Source: a virus
Reading direction: 5' to 3' (one strand)
Length of the DNA: 6,400 nt
IMG/VR virus record: IMGVR_UViG_3300020041_000157
Span: 1-6,400 of that record
Part shown: positions 5,916 through 6,400 of the stretch, in pieces
Layout of the letters: each line of letters begins with the position of its first letter
Numbering within the stretch: position 1 is the stretch's first letter
Position numbers and translations under genes: made by a program
Notes under the pieces: model-generated
What the model saw: the letters and a program-made list of their open reading frames with translations, nothing else
What the model was told of the DNA's origin: nothing
Databases searched by the model: none

Positions 5916-6400
5916 TTACAAACCGGTAAAAAAAAACTTGTTATACAAAACCTTAAACTCTTCAAAATCTTGAACGTTCTCTATCTGCTGGCGCAGATCG
6001 GGGTGAAGCTTCATGAGCTTCTCGAAATACGCATTACCAATCCCCTTCGACATTACACGCGGAGGTTTCTGGATATAGCCAGCTTGAACATAGGGTGTTT
6101 GTTCGTCAAGATGCTTACAAACATACTTTGCCACATACTCGATTGTACTGTCAGTGCTTGCACGATCAGACAGGTCAACCTCTTTTATGTCAATCGCAGC
6201 GTCTTTATGATTGACGTCGGAAAAATGCGAAAGCCAATCATTGTATATCAAATCCTTGACCTGAGCAAAATCCTCATTTAAAAATATCAAACCATGCCAA
6301 TGTGGCCTAAATGTCAAAGGGCCATACTCGCCCTGAATGAAATATTTAATATCAAGCGTTTTACCGAAATAATACTGATATTGACGACGAACACGCTTTA
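5916..6400 (-). CDS. VP4: Replication initiator VP4, central catalytic part (6280..6400 duplicates 1..121); frame-0 stop TAA at 5918..5916
   Basis: HUH motif HWHGLIF (H-W-H at 6302..6294). Double-tyrosine motif EYVAKYVCK (6137..6114), nearly identical to the phiX174 A active-site YVAKYVNK. An SKGIG motif lies downstream. The M of the listed 133-aa ORF is actually an internal TTG (Leu). The full frame-0 product from 509 across the junction to 5916 is 873 nt, or 290 aa. Confidence 0.92.
   Translation of the reverse strand, partial: KRVRRQYQYYFGKTLDIKYFIQGEYGPLTFRPHWHGLIFLNEDFAQVKDLIYNDWLSHFSDVNHKDAAIDIKEVDLSDRASTDSTIEYVAKYVCKHLDEQTPYVQAGYIQKPPRVMSKGIGNAYFEKLMKLHPDLRQQIENVQDFEEFKVLYNKFFFTGL
5928..5936 (-). 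other. T9 homopolymer (A9 on plus strand): candidate slippery or recoding site, or a homopolymer sequencing error, at the Rep frame junction
   Basis: The viral strand reads AAC AAG TTT TTT TTT ACC GGT TTG TAA. The frame-0 stop follows 3 codons after the run, and the -1 frame is open through the run. By eye this is the longest homopolymer in the genome. Confidence 0.6.
6280..6400. repeat. Terminal redundancy from circular wrap-around; exact copy of 1..121
   Basis: Same comparison as for 1..121. This is not an independent element; the window is simply longer than the genome. Confidence 0.97.

Noticed and set aside
5860-5927. Search for a frameshift-stimulating hairpin or pseudoknot downstream of the T9 run.
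   Set aside because: Only trivial pairings were found by eye (the ACCGGT palindrome and a 4-bp GTTT/AAAC). There is no convincing structure, so classical -1 PRF is not specifically supported over transcriptional slippage or sequencing error.
5970-6281. Plus-strand 103-aa ORF antisense to Rep.
   Set aside because: It is a shadow of the strongly supported Rep ORF, which carries the HUH and YVAKY motifs on the opposite strand.

Overview
The window is one complete circular ssDNA microvirus genome (family Microviridae) with a unit length of 6,279 nt. It is read as the reverse complement of the coding (viral) strand and runs 121 nt past its own start, so 1..121 is identical to 6280..6400. All credible genes are on the minus strand and tightly packed. 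In viral-strand order they are: major capsid protein VP1/F-like (601 aa), a 41-aa ORF missing from the ORF track, a 120-aa ORF, a 92-aa ORF, the VP2/H-like pilot protein (445 aa), a 197-aa orphan ORF, and the VP4/A-like HUH replication initiator, which crosses the linearisation point. Genome size, the long capsid protein, the absence of Shine-Dalgarno sequences and one perfect Bacteroides-type promoter (TTTG-N20-TAnnTTTG) suggest an Alpavirinae-like phage of a Bacteroidota host; this is inference only. Points worth following up: (1) the Rep gene is split into two frames exactly at a T9 run, so a -1 frameshift or one extra U would give a 457-aa protein; (2) an 11-nt exact match to the phiX174 origin nick-site core lies on the coding strand inside Rep; (3) the 41-aa hydrophobic-plus-RRRR ORF overlaps the capsid stop codon as ATGA; (4) three consecutive GC-rich stem-loops and a separate 13-bp perfect hairpin are origin or terminator candidates; (5) several ORFs have no recognisable function. 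No tRNA, rRNA, CRISPR array, integrase or transposase is visible.
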